DNA from: Prorocentrum cordatum
Taxonomy: Eukaryota
NCBI GenBank assembly: GCA_963575745.1
Contig: CAUYUJ010000037.1
Location: 558,001 to 622,000 of the forward strand
Reading direction: 5' to 3'
DNA length: 64,000 nucleotides
Within the stretch, counting starts at the first letter, position 1; the number at the start of each line of letters is the position of its first letter. Positions 46,911 to 59,820 of the stretch are shown in pieces. The position numbers and the translations under genes are program-made. The notes beneath the pieces are model-generated. The model was not told where the DNA came from and made no database searches. It saw nothing but the letters and a program-made list of their open reading frames with translations.

Positions 46911-47608
46911 GCATGATCAGAAGGCTGCTGTGTTCCGTCACGTGTTTTTGCATACGGAAGGTTCGTGTCGTGCCAGCGCGGAGGTGATCCCGCCGCGGGC
47001 GTTCAAGCTTGAACGCCACCAGTGGCCCAGAATCGGCCAATGTGGAACGATCGGGCGATCAAAAGACCGCCGATCGTTCAAGCTTCAATGATCCACGCGG
47101 TGTCAGAAGCCAACTTCGAGGTCGTCACGACACGAGCTAACAGTGCGTGGCCCTCTCGAACGCGCCTCTTGTAGGCCTTTTGGAGGTCTAGGTATCATGC
47201 TGGTGGGGTTGGCTTCTAGCAGTGCTGCAGTGGCGCGCTCGTTGGGCCCATCTTCGGTCGTCTTGACAGCCTCTTGGGCTTCTTTCAGGAGTGCCTCTTG
47301 AATCATCTCAGGCTGGTACTGGGGGGCTCTTAGGCCGTCTTGGACGCTCTTGCGACGGATGCGGCCACGAACCTGCCGTATGGCTGCTAGAGATGCCCGA
47401 AGATCCACCTTCTGCGCGTGAAGGTGCGGCAGAACGCGCCGCTCAAGCGGCACCATCGGCCCTGCGAGACGCTCCGCGCGCGTCCCGGCGGTGCTTTTGC
47501 TCGGCGGTCCGGGCTCTTCACTCCAAGTGGACACTTGCACAGCGGAGGTGGTTCGCGCAAGTCTTGTGGTGGTAAGGCTTCGGGCTGCGCACAGACAGCC
47601 CCTCCAGA

Positions 47609-47803
47609 TAGTCTTGGCTGGCCTCAACAGTAGCCTCAACAGGCCTCCCGAGTAGCCTGGGGCGGTCTCAACACCCTCCGGCGGCGCCCATGTGTCGCTC
47701 CGCGCCCCAGTGTTGGGGTGTTGAGACCGCCCAGGGCTACTCGGGGGGGCCTGTTGCGGCCGGCCGGACTACTCGGGGGGCCTGCTGAGGCCAGCTAGGA
47801 CTA
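47609..47803. mobile_element. Foldback/MITE-like palindromic element
   Basis: 47637-47676 pairs with 47716-47756 (caacaggcc...gagtagcc...ggcggtctcaacaccc); outer arm 47609-47630 pairs with 47782-47803. Confidence 0.65.
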
Positions 47804-49653
47804 CCGAGGTGCACTGCAGCCAAAGCTCTGAGGTAAGGTGCCAACTCGGTTTCGAAAGGGGCTTTCGGATCGTTCCATGAGTATTCCCCTGGCGTTACCC
47901 CCATCCGGGCGTAGTTCAGTCCCGAAATGGGTTTTGTTCGTTATCTAGTTTTGCTTGTGACGGAACTTTGGCCGTACGTAAGGTCCCAGCGCACGATGTT
48001 GCATCTACTCCCCCCAGGCCCTGACCGCGGCGTGTTTTTTGGGTGTTTTTACTTTTTTATGTGGCTGGTGCGCCATACAGTGTTGCAGCCCCAGGGGTCC
48101 CAGACGCGTGCGGGTTGCAGGCGCGCGCCGCAAACAGCGGGGGCATCCGAGGGAGCGTTGGGACCCAAGGGCGAAGTTCGATATGTTCTGTAGCTATGTG
48201 CCAGTGGGTCTGGGGATGGCGGCTCGGCAGAGGCGGCGACAACAAAGTGCGAGCAAACGCGCGTGCGACCGAGCTAATCTCGCGATTCGCACATGTGCCA
48301 CGCCTGTTTCGGAGCTCCAGCTAGAAACCCGCCCGTTGTCAAAGGTTCATGACCTTGGCGACCTTGGATGGCCCACTACTCTATATCAACGGTTGTGTAG
48401 CTGTGGTGTGCAACCTCTATCAGAGAGCCTTTCATCCAGCGTTTTCCGCGCGTGGCGGGCAGGGTACGCGCGACACCTGGACCCCGGCACCCTGACAACG
48501 CGGCAAACCGCCAGGATGATTCATTCTAGTGGTATGACCATGGGGCCGTTGCATGGGCAGCTTGACATGACCAGGTTGATGGTTGACGGCAGTATCAGGA
48601 CGACGGCAGGACTTTTGTTGGAGCCGTCCGTGTTGCTTGCCGTCTCCCCTAGGGCTTCGAGGTAGGGAAGCAGTGTGAATTCTGTATCGCGGGCGTGCAG
48701 AGCACATGCAAAGCGGATGTTTGGCCATGACTGCTAGCACGTTGGTGCGTGGCAGTGCACGACAAGACGCACTTCCGCACGACACGGCCTACGTATACAC
48801 TTGAAGTCCGCGGGCGCAAGCACGCAGGCGTCGGTCGAGTAACGGGAATGGGCGCTCCAGAGGAGAAACATGGGGCCGGGAAAGAGGACAGGAGGAGGGC
48901 GTGCGGGCAGCGGAGGCCGCACTTGGAACGTGAAGTCCAGAAGCGGGTGCTGGGAGAGCACGGCGAGATGCCGGGCGTGCGCAGAGAGGCAGTCCACGAG
49001 GCCGGCACGCAATTAGAGTCAGGGCCAGGGACACCGAGGTAAAGGTGGAAGCAGCGAAATCAAACCGCCGCACGTGACGGCGAGGAGACCAGGTGAAGAT
49101 TAGAGCCCGGTGCGAAAGGTTGGAACCACCGTGGCGACGAGCATCGCAGCATCGACGGCCAGGGGCGGTAGAAGGCGGTGCTGTGAAACAGGCACGAGGG
49201 CCACACCTTATCCTGTACATTTTTGATACGCGGGCGCGCGAAACGGGTCGAACGCCGGGCGAGCGGGGGCAGGCTATGCCACCGGCTAAGGAAAACAGAG
49301 CAACGAGCAACGCCAGATGCGGGGCGGGAATCAGGCGGCCGAAGTGGCGCGAAGGCAACGCAGAATGGAAGCTCAAGCGCCACACTTACCCAGGAAGGCG
49401 GTGACGGAGGTGGGAAAGCCCATCCGGTTCACCATGGCCTGTACACGCAGCCGTTCTTTTTGGCGGGCGCTGGCATGGCCAAGACAATTTCTCCAGATGG
49501 CCTGGGCGCTCCGGGCGCAGGCAGCACCCGTGCGAGACGTCCCGCACGCGTGAGGAGAAGAAAATGAGGAGGAACGAGACGAGGTCGGGGAGGAGGAGAG
49601 GAGGCGAAGGACGGGCCTGGGAAGGAGGAGAAGGGGAGTGCCCCCCTGCAGAG

Positions 49654-49755
49654 GTTGCGTTCCACGACTTCAAGGACGTCCCGGCGTACTTCAACTGCTG
49701 GGAGCAGTCCCTAGGCCCTGTTGGCGTGCAGGAGTACGCCGAGCACACGGTCTGA
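49654..49755 (+). CDS. Probable terminal exon of the GT31-like gene
   Basis: CTGCAGAG|GTT acceptor, then VAFHDFKDVPAYFNCWEQSLGPVGVQEYAEHTV-stop with GC3-rich codons. The FH-x-x-K motif fits the C-terminal His motif of GT31-like folds. Confidence 0.6.
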   Translation, partial: VAFHDFKDVPAYFNCWEQSLGPVGVQEYAEHTV

Positions 49756-50510
49756 CCTGCGCGCGGGTGCCAATCCCGCGGGCTTGACGACTCTTATCCG
49801 ACCGATTTGCGTGGATCGATGAACGAGCTGGATCGATTAGGGTGGGTCATCAAGCTACATCCAGAGATGTCCAGATAAATCGGGCACAACTCGAAGGAGC
49901 TCGAGCGCAAGTCGGTCGGAGGACAGCAGGAGCCGTTAAGCCCCCAACGAGCTGAGCCTCTTGCCGGCATACCCAGACATGGCGCGTCCTGCAGGAGCCT
50001 GGCCTCGTGGAGCGCCGCTGGCCGTTCGGCGAAAGGTCGCGCCGGCCCGCCTCCAGCAACTCGCGGCAAGCGTATGTCGCGACCTCGGCTTTTTGGTAGC
50101 AGGCCTTCGCCACACGCGCCGATGGGAGTCTTTCGCCACACCTCACTATGAAGGGCACGGGTCCTGAGAGATATGAGTTTGGAAGGTTTTTGGTCGTGTT
50201 TGGGTTCTCGGGGTGCGACGGGCTTTGGCACTGTTGAGAAACACCTGAGAACAGAACACCTTGCTTGCAGTATCAATACGGAGACAGTGGATGTATCTAT
50301 GTAAACACACATATGTCCCTGATCGGTTCATGTGCATATGCATGTATGTATGTATATATACATACAGCAAGGAGGTTACTACTTCAATGTAGCTTCTTAC
50401 CTCCCATAGCCGCATGGGGCAGTTCTTCTACGTTCCCCAAACATGATTGGCACGTAGGGGGTTCTTACTTGTCTCCGAAGGAACTGGACCTGGCTGCCAA
50501 TTCCGCCTCC

Positions 50511-50659
50511 CTGTGGTGGCCCCGTCGCCGCCCGTCGCCACCCCTCGCCTTGGCCTGGCTGCCGGTCCCGCCGCCCCAGTCGCCGCACGTCGCCGCCCTT
50601 CGTCTTGACCCGCTTGTCGGTTCCACCGCCTTGTGGTGGCCCCGTCGCCGCCCGTCGCC
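50511..50659. repeat. Direct repeat TGTGGTGGCCCCGTCGCCGCCCGTCGCC (2 copies)
   Basis: Copies at about 50512 and 50632. Confidence 0.8.
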
Positions 50660-50709
50660 GCCCAGCGTCTGTTTGAACACAGAACGCACCACGTACAGTG
50701 TTTAACCGA

Positions 50710-50890
50710 TTGGCACCGCACAACTCACACCACTTCGTTGCTCCACATAGAGTGATTGACATAGCTTAAACCAGATCGCTCACACCACATAGATTGCACC
50801 ACATGGAGTGCACCACGCAGGTTGCCCGCACCACATGGATCGCACCACTTAGATTTAAGCTCATTGATAACACCACCCAGTTGCACCGCG
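50710..50890 (-). repeat. GTGGTGCAA-type satellite
   Basis: gcaccacat units are the reverse complement of units at 62105-62180 and 63500-63715. Confidence 0.6.
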
Positions 50891-53800
50891 TAGACTGCAA
50901 GAGGCTCTTGTTTGAGATCCACGCTGGCCGACATGGTTTTGTATGTTTTGTTGGTCCACGTCCGTCCGACTCGTGAACTAAGACCACGCTGTGATTTCCC
51001 ACCATCCGGCCCGGGCGCGATCCGTCATAAATGTTTTTATGTGGTAGGCGGTTGCTTGATCCATGCTGGGAATCCTTGGGAAATCAAACAAGGCGGGCCA
51101 CATGCGCGCGCTCTCACGCGCGTGTGAACACACATCTGAAAAATACATGGTTTGTGCTTCAGCATCGTGCTCGTGAAACCCATGTGAAACATATGGGTGT
51201 TCAACCTAATTCTTCAAAGTAATATCAGAGTTGTTTGCGCGCGCGTGCCAATACTCACCAACGCCAGCATCAAGATGCGGATATGAATTCATCAACTTGT
51301 TCGGTCATCTGAGGTGATTCAGCGATCAAGTTGGCAATATGCTCAACGGTCGGACCATATGCGCACGTTACGGCTCTACTTGGCAATATGGGGTTGTTCG
51401 GATGCGATAGGGTCTAGAATGACCACAGTTGTGTGATCGCGTGGGTGGGTGGGTACCATCGCGTTCAGCAACAAGTGGGACTGTGCTACCCCTTACAATG
51501 TAATGTGATCTACGCATATTCAACTTTTCAAAAAAAAAAACCACAAGAGTTATATGTAACCGATTTGCTCTTTCATCTTTACTTTCATGCCACCAAATGT
51601 CTACATTGCCTCATACTCTGGACCAACGGGATCCGCCCCGAGCATTATATTATGTGTGTTTCATCTGTCTCCTTGACCCCACGCCCATCCTGCCCATGAA
51701 ATAAAACTACGCGCTGATCCTCCCCATCCGGCCCTGGCAAGATCTCTTGCAAATGATTTGATTGATTCCGGCCCATCCCGCCACTGAGCTTGGGAGGCCT
51801 TTCGGGTGCTTTTGTTGGGGGAAATATTAGGAGGCCCCTCGGACGCCTTTTGGAGGCAGTTCTGGAGTTTCTGAGGTATCTTTGGGGCACGTTTGGGACT
51901 CATTCGTGCCTGTTGGGGGCCTTTGGGTTTTTTGGGTGGCCTCTGGGGGACCTGTTGCCAATCTCGGGGGTCAACTTGGGGTTGGGAGCTCCGAGTATCA
52001 GTTGGTATTCTCCCTGGTGGGGCTCTTGGGCCGGCGTGGAGCGGTGGAAGTCCGGAGAGGCTAGAGCGCAAAACCGGTCACGAATTCATGGAAGCCCATT
52101 AGCAGTAGCAGTATGGGTGTTTTCTGGCTTCCCCAAATACAGGGGACACGACGTGCCTCAAGGCACGGTGGCCGATGTTATCACGCGGTGGGCAGATCTG
52201 ACCAGCGTCCCGAATCCCCAGTGGCAAGTCCAGTGCGTGCCACATGCGCGCGCTCGCGCTCGAGATGCAGAACAAAGCGTGCGCGTGGAATGAGTTCATG
52301 ACGGAGCCCTGCAAGCACATGTTGACAAACACGTACCCGTCGGTGAGACATCCGAGTATTCGACAGAAAATTTGTGCACGCGACAATGTACATCAACGAC
52401 CGAATCGGGATGCGCGCGTGATCACCTCGATCGAGATGCGCGCATGAGTTCGTCCATTCGACCGGGACGCGCGCATGAGTTCATCATTTCGAACGGCCGT
52501 CCGATTGGATCCCGCGAGCATGTTATGATCGTCAACAAGTCATCGTCGGTCATTTGTGCCACTGTCCCCCGGCAGCAGCGCGGAGGAGCTTTCTAACGCG
52601 ATTGGTTACGATAGATTGCGAAGGAAAAGTGTATGATCGCGCTGCGATGGGATGAGGGGTGGAGCTTTCTGGTAAGGAGGGCGTGTGGGCATGATAGCGC
52701 TCCGCCAGGACCACCCTACTCTGCTCTATATCATCCGCCAGTAACACGTGTTATACATATACCAATTGTTTTCGGATAGCTATGTTCCCCCGCGAGTTGG
52801 CCCGAGCCCCACCGGGCGAGGCCATTTTCTGTGTGTGTGTGGGTGTGTGTGTGTGTTTGCGCATGTTGCATGGGCTCCACGCCCATCACACCCATGAAAC
52901 ATTATCACGCGGTGATTTCCCCGGCCTGCCCAGGCGCGACACTTTGCGAAGCATCCAGTTGCCTGCGGCGAGTCCCGCCACAGGGCCAGCCCATGACGCT
53001 GGGCGGCGACTGTTCGGGGGGCGCACAGGAGCTCGTAGCGTGCGACACCTCGTGTCCCGAGGCTTCCGAGACCCGTCGCATGTGACACGCTCTTCCGCGT
53101 TGTGTCGGAGGTTCTCGAATCGTTGTCGTCGTCTTCCTCGTTTTCGTGCGTCGTGTCTGAGGCTTTTGTGTGCCAGTCTGGGGTGGCCCCGCGGGCCAAA
53201 TCGGACCGCTTTGGTACCCTATTCGGCCGTTCTGGTGCTCGTTTGTGCCGTCTTCGGGCCCTCAGTGCCGTCTGGGCGGTCTCTTACGGCAGTCGCGGGG
53301 CCGTCTCTTGGCAGGCGGGGGGCTCTCTAAGTTTGTCGTGTTGGGTCCTTCCTGAGGTCCTCTTGGGCCAGTGTGGCGCCCCCTTGGGGCTGTCCTGGGC
53401 TGCCTGGGGGCCCTTTGGGCTTGTTTGGAGGTCGCATTGGATGAGTATTGGGCCATTTTGGGGCCGCGTTGGCCGTCTTGGAGGCCTACAGGAACCCAGA
53501 AAAGTAAAGACGCCCGAATATTTGAAAGGCTAAAGGGAAACTGTGTATTTGGCCTCTTCGGGCCCTACTCGGGGTTCGCTCGTGATCCTCTTGGGCCGTC
53601 TTTGGGGCCTTTAAGGCTATCTTGAGGACATTTTGGGCCGCCTTGGGGTCTTCTGCCTTGCCACCGAGGCATATTGAGTCAACTTGGCGGCCTTGGTTGC
53701 CTTCCTCGGCCGCCATCGAAGGTCGGCAGCACGGACCATTGTTTTTCATTGGGGAGGTGAACGTTGCGTTTTTTGCCACGATGGGGTTGTTTAGACGCGA

Positions 53801-54284
53801 TGGGGTTGCAAGGGGTAAGGCTTCATGGTAGGGCGGGTGGATGGGTATGACCGCGTTCCGCAACAAGCTGGTATATATTATGCCAGACTGCTCGATGTTC
53901 AGTTACACCAAACCATAGTGGTTTAGGATAATCCTCCCACTTGGGCCAGACCGAGTCAAGCTCGCTCATTGATAAGAGTACCCAGATGCGCGCATGGGCT
54001 CACCAATTCGCACGGTCTCTTGAGAGGATTCGGCGAACAATGTGGGGAGACATTCACCTACGGGACAAGCGGCGCATATTGCGGCTTGCTGGGTAAGATT
54101 GGACTGTTTTTTTTGCGCGACGGGATCAGAAGGAGCGATCGATGGTTTCTGATTGGGGACTTGGGCTTCTGGGCCCTTTTACACAGTAAATACAGATACT
54201 CCGCATTGAGGACAAGTGACGCCTGAGGACCTGAAGACACTTCTCGCGCGCCTCGAGGCACGGCGGTGGATACCACTACGGCCA

Positions 54285-54470
54285 GAGAACACCAGAGACC
54301 ACGAGCCACGACCAGCGACCACGAGCCAGAGACCACGAGCCACGGCTTCGGGATCCGGGGGCGCACGAGCCACGATCCCGCGAGCCACGGCCAGATACCA
54401 CGAGCCGCGAGCCCCGACCAGAGACCACGAGCCACTACCGGGAACCAAGTCGAGACCACGGCACGAGACC
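54285..54470. repeat. (ACCACGAG/GCCACGA)n heptamer-like tandem repeat
   Basis: Direct inspection. Confidence 0.85.
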
Positions 54471-55589
54471 GCGGGCTGCGGCCTCGGGACTGCGCCAATG
54501 CCCCACGGGGCCTCGAAAAACTTGCACAGGACCCTCACGGACGAACTGTTCAGGGAGAACGGTTCGGGATGAAGAACGGGTCCCAGGGGAAGGCCCCGGG
54601 GTTCAGGACCTGCCTCCTTCATGCCAAGCAGCCGCCAACGCTTCCTTTCCATTCCTCGTCCCTGTTTCTTTGCGGATTCTGCGGAGTCTGCAGAGGGAGG
54701 AGGGAGGGGGGGGGCAGTATGCGTACCGCTGAGGAGCAGTGCCGATTTAAGGTACATTTTTGCGCTGTCCTCAGCGCGCGCTTGATGTCAAGGCACTGCA
54801 CTGCATGGGTGTGGAATTCGTCCGACCGGAGCAAGCGTGGGCGACAGCGCCTGTGAGCCGCTAGACGCCGAACGAAAGGGCCGGCATTAATCACTGACGG
54901 TTCCGAAGTGGATGCAAGGAGGGGGCAGCATGGTATGCTTCCGTCCTGGTCTGTCCACCAAGTGTCAGCAAGCAGCGGGGAGCAGTGGGGCGTCTCCCTG
55001 GTGAGGTGGTGAAGGGGAGGTGGTGAAGGGGATGTCTACGGATGGACGGCCGGGACGCAATTCGAACAGCCGCGCTGTCTCCCGACGCTCAAAGTTGCTC
55101 GGGCTGACGCGCAGGCGATGCGACGTGCACGCGTAGATGGACCGCAGACCCCCGGATCTTTCTCGGCAGCGCGCCGAGGGGGGAGGCGAGAGGGGGCGGC
55201 GGCGGGGCTTCTCAGAAGCCTCCGTCACCGGCCTTCTGGGAAGCCGCCTCTGTCCTCGGGGGAGGCCTGTCAAGCTGCTCAGAAAGCCCGAGGCTTTCCG
55301 AGCCTTCTGAGAACCTTGGGATCCGGCGTTCAGGTCGATCTGTGAAGGTCCCAGGGCCCGAAGCTGGGCGAAAACGCCCAGTGCGGAAAACATGCAGCGC
55401 CCGGATCTCCAGGAAGGCCCGCCCCCTTGAAAGCCAACCCCTCCGAGGGGGACTAAGCGGTACCAACCGCTGGGATCTCTCTGGGGGTGTGTTCTGGCCA
55501 GAAGCTCGAGGAGAATACAGCCGTGGCGACGAGGACTTCCCAGAAGGCTCAGGAAGGCGAAAACGAGGCAAGGGCAGCCGTATCTCTAG

Positions 55590-55771
55590 GCCTCCTAGAT
55601 GGGGTCGGAGCAGATGAGGTCGAAAGGTCGCGCCGTATCGTCGATGCATCGGCGATGCGGCTCGATGTGGAGCCAGATTTTCTCCACGAGGATGTCGCCG
55701 ATGCATCGCCGATGTATTGGCGATGCGGCGCGATCCTCCGACCCCATCTACTCCGACCCCATCTAGGAGGC
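55590..55771. mobile_element. MITE with long inverted repeats, flanked by a CTCTAG direct repeat
   Basis: GCCTCCTAGATGGGGTCGGAG (55590-55610) is the exact reverse complement of 55751-55771; imperfect pairing extends about 70 bp. CTCTAG at 55584-55589 and 55772-55777. Confidence 0.8.
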
Positions 55772-56433
55772 CTCTAGTATCGGTACAGTCAAGGCGCATA
55801 GTGAGGACGAACATTGTTCCAAAGCTACCCTTGCACCCTTGCCACTTGGGCCCATCCTTGGCGACTTTCACTGGCCAGCCCTGTTCGAAAACGCCAGCAT
55901 GGCCCTCCCAGGCCCCTGCATCCATGCCGCGCATCCCTGCTTGCCTCCAGGGTGCCCTGAGTTTCTTGGGTCTCGATGGTCCTGCAGTGGAACACGCGAC
56001 GCTCCCACGCCAAACGTCCATGGACGCCCTGGGGTCTCCGGGTTGGGGTGGTCGGGCCCCTACTGTATGCGACTTGACCGTGCCTCTGCCGCCTCCTGCC
56101 TTCTGCCTTCCCCCCGTCGCGCGCCGCCGCCTCTCCAGGAGTCTGCACACCAGGCCGCCCTGGGGTGCCGGGCTGCCCGCCTTCCGTGGGCACGCCCGCC
56201 GTGTGGCTGCCTGGCCGCGCCGCGGCTCCCAACGCCTCGGGGGCGGCCTGACCGACCCCCAGCAAGCCATCCGCTTCCGTGGCGGCCCCCTCGCCTCACG
56301 AGGGGAGCCTGGAGGACGAGGGTGACGTCACGGGCGGTGCTGTCCACGGCAGGGGTGGGTCGGGCCGCGCCCGAGAAGCGCTTGCGGCCCACCCGAAGGG
56401 TGGCGGCGGGCGGGCGCCGCGGGCGCGCGCTCC

Positions 56434-56735
56434 CGGGCGCGCGAATCTCTTGCGCTCCTCCCGGGGTGCTGCCGGGGGCGGCCCTGGCCTCGGACCCCCT
56501 CGGGCAAGGAACAAGTCACGGCGGGCGCCTGCTGTTGCTGTTTTCGGCCTCTGGGGGCCCTCGCTGGGCCCTGGGGGCCCCGGGGAGCCGTCAAAACGAG
56601 ATCTCCAGGGGCCCATGCTTTGGATAAACAGGAAAGAGAAGAGCACAACAAAAACATGACGTCGGTGGTCTGGCCCCCGGGCGCGCGAATCGTCTTTGCT
56701 CTGCCTCGGGTCTTGCCGGGGGCGGCCCTGGCCCA
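56434..56735. repeat. Two diverged copies of an approximately 57-bp unit
   Basis: ccgggcgcgcgaatc...tgccgggggcggccctggcc at about 56434 and 56677. Confidence 0.7.
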
Positions 56736-57087
56736 AAATCGCAGGAGGAAAAGTCCTGGAGAGTCCTCGTCACCACGGCTGGATTCCCCTTGAAAGTCTG
56801 GTCAACACGCGCCCATGGAGAGGTCCAGGGAGCAGCGGTATCAGTAGGGGGAGGTCCGCGGAGTAACGATGTCGGCACCTTTGGTTCCCCCGGGATCAAT
56901 CCAGGCCCTCCAGATTCCAGACGGAAGCCACTGTGGGGGCCAAGATGGGAGCCTTGCGGGGTCTCCCACGGGGCCCCAGGGGTGGCCCCATAGGGCCCCA
57001 GAGTGGTGCGGGAGTCTGGGGGTGCTGGGCCGTCTGGCAACCTCCAGGACCCCCCTCGTGTCGTGACAAAGAAGGCGTCTTACTTTA

Positions 57088-57239
57088 CAGTCGAAACCGA
57101 TGATAAGGATGGGTAGCCTTCCCGAGGGTACCCTTGCATCCGCGCCTCCTTGGTTCATCCTTCTCTACTGTCGATGGCGCCCACGGGGCGTCAAGGGGCT
57201 TGCATCCTCAACGCGCACCCCGGCTATCAGTTTTGATTG
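57088..57239. mobile_element. Possible old Tc1/mariner-type MITE
   Basis: TACAGTCGAAACCGAT versus reverse-complemented right end TGCAATCAAAACTGAT (12 of 16). Confidence 0.35.
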
Positions 57240-58786
57240 CATTTGTTTGACTCAGGCAGGTTCACTTGTGGGACATTCCCACCCACCCCCTCCCGTTTCA
57301 TTGCGTCTTCAAACATTCGCGCGCAGGGCCAAAAAATGGCGTGCAAGTGCGGCCCGCGTGCTGGAAGTTCAGATTTCTGTTCGGGCCTCGCCACGCCTGC
57401 ACCTCCTTTTTGTAAGCACATCCGCCAGAGCCTAAGGAAAAAACAGCTTCAAACTCGAGACGGGAGGCTATTGCCGATCTTCCTGCTCTCGGGGCCCTCG
57501 TCCGGGCCCCGAGATCGTCAAAATGCGGCTCGGGATCAGACGGCGTTCCCCGGGAAGGGGTCCAGGCTTCTGTTCGTGGGCACATGCCCGCATCCGTGGC
57601 CTTGCGGGCCGGGGCTTCTGGGTCGCGACCCCGCGGACACGGGACGCTTCTTTGCGGATGCCCCGCGCGGAACGTTGCCGTGCGATATTGCGCATCCGCG
57701 GGATCGCGCCCCGGAATCCAGACCGCGAGAGCGCGGATACGGGTATGTTCGCCACTCGTGATCTGTTGGGGCCCATGTTACAAAAAATCTCGGCGTCGGG
57801 GGGGGGCCCTTGGCTTTCTCTACCAGGCACCGCTCCAAGCCAGGCCCAGCCTCGGCCCCAGGGCCGGTGCGCTCGCCCTCGCCATGGCCGGGAGGGCGTG
57901 CGCACAGCACCCCATGGGCCTGGCCAAGGCACGTGCTCGCGCACCCAGACATCGGGGGCGGATGCTTCACTACCACCGCTGTAGACCATGGGCGGCTGAC
58001 CCATGGCAGTGCTCGCCCTCGGCGCCTCGCACAGCAAAGCACCACCAGAGACCAGCTGCCCCTGATAGTGGCGGTCGTGGACAGCAGGCGCACCAAGGCA
58101 CGCTCCGATGCGGTTTGTTCCATCCGCGGCCCCAGGGGCCCGAGAACGGGCACCGGAGGCCGAGAGGAAGGAGAAAGCGCCAGGACAGCAAAGCCATATC
58201 GCCGCAGGTCTGGGCAGATGCAGTCGGCGTCGGCGTGTCCTCCCGTCGGGGATAGGGGCCGCGCGGTTCGTCTCCTCGGCCGCGCCTTCCTGCTGCGCGG
58301 CGACCCCTTGCAGCCCGAGCACGCGCGCCCAAGGAGGAAAAAGTGCGAGAGAGAGAGAGAGTCGGAGGCCCCAAGACGGTTTGGTGACCACACCGCGTGG
58401 CGAGTCGGTGGGGATTCGGGGTCACCGCACGGTTATAGGAATCGGGCCGTTCTGCGAGGGCATCTCGGGCGACTGCTGCCTCCAGGGTCCTGGCACCGTG
58501 TGGTGGCGCTACCTCGCGGAAAGCTCGTCGGGGCTTCCGAGATCACCACGCAGGCCGTCACCCCGAAGGGGGAGGGGGGCGGCGTGGAGCGCAAGGTGTT
58601 GTCATAGTGCTCGGGCTCAGGGTGTTCGGGGACCGGCCACGCGGGCGGGGGGGTTCTCGCGGCGGGCATCGGGTGCTCGGGGTGGGGGGGGGGAGCTGGC
58701 GCTCCAGTGATGGCATTCCCTTCTGCTCCCTCCCCCTCTCCCCCTGGGCAGAGGATCGACGTCAACGGGGGATTGGCGCGGCTGGG

Positions 58787-59820
58787 CAGGAGGGAGGGAG
58801 GAGGAGGGACCGAGGAGGGGAGGAAGAAACAGAAAGAGGGAGGCAGAAGGGAGGGCGAGAGGGGGAGAGGGAGGAGCAGGAGGAGGAGGAGGAGGAGGAA
58901 GAGATCAGGAGGAGGAGGAGGAGGAGGAGGAGGAGGAGGAGGAGGAGGGAGGAGATGGAGGAGGAGGAGGAGGAGGAGGAGGCCAAAGAAGATGCCCGTG
59001 GCCCGAGGACGTCGAGAAGTGGCAGGGCTACCTCGGCGGGGGGGGGCTGGCGGCCCTCGTGCTGGACTGGCCGCCGCCCGGCTGCCTCCTCAGCATCCTC
59101 GTGGTCGTCCTTCTCCCTTCTCCTCCTCGTCCTCCTCCTCCTCCTCCTCCTGCCCTCGTCCTCGCCTCCTCCTCGTCCACCTGCTTGTCCTGCTCCTGCT
59201 CCTCCTCGTCCACCTCCTCCTCCTCCTCCTCCTCCTCCTCCTCCTTCTCCTCCTCCTCCTCCTCCTCCTCCTCCTTCTCCTCCTCCTCTCCTCCTCCTTC
59301 TCCTCCTCCTCCTCCTCCTCCTCCTCCTCTCCTCCTCTCCCTCTCTCCTCCTCCTCCTCCTCCTCCTCCTCCTTCTCCTCCTCCTCCTCATACCTCCTCT
59401 AATGTTTCTTTTTTCTCCTCCTTCTCCTCCTCCTCCTCCTCCTCCTCTCCTTCTCCTCCCACCTACCTCCTCTCCTCTCACCTACCTCCTCTCCTCCTAC
59501 CCTCGTTCTCTCGATCGTCTCTTCCCCTCCTCCCCTCGTCCTTCTAGGCCTGGGCTCTCCAAGGACAGAGAGAGCCTGGCCCTGCCAGCCTCTCCCTCGC
59601 CCGGGGCTCGGGAGGCATGGCGTCCCCATGGTGAGGTCCGCTCCCCCGCCCTCTCGGCCGGGAGAGGCGAGAGCGGCGGCACGGCGGCAGAGCCACCTGC
59701 GTTCCGGTTATGTGCCTCCCTCCGCCTCCCTCTTTCCTCCTCCTCCTCCTCCTCCTCCTCCTCCTCCTCCTCCTCCTCCTCCTTCCGCTTTCTCCTCCTT
59801 GCTCTTCCTCCTTCCTCTTT
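58787..59820. repeat. (GGA)n tract followed by (CCT)n tracts
   Basis: GGA-rich 58787-58982; CCT-rich 59085-59545 and 59735-59820. Confidence 0.92.

Noticed and set aside
52099..54226. Protein-coding genes in unique-looking stretches
   Set aside because: Short ORFs with frequent stops and no recognisable motifs.
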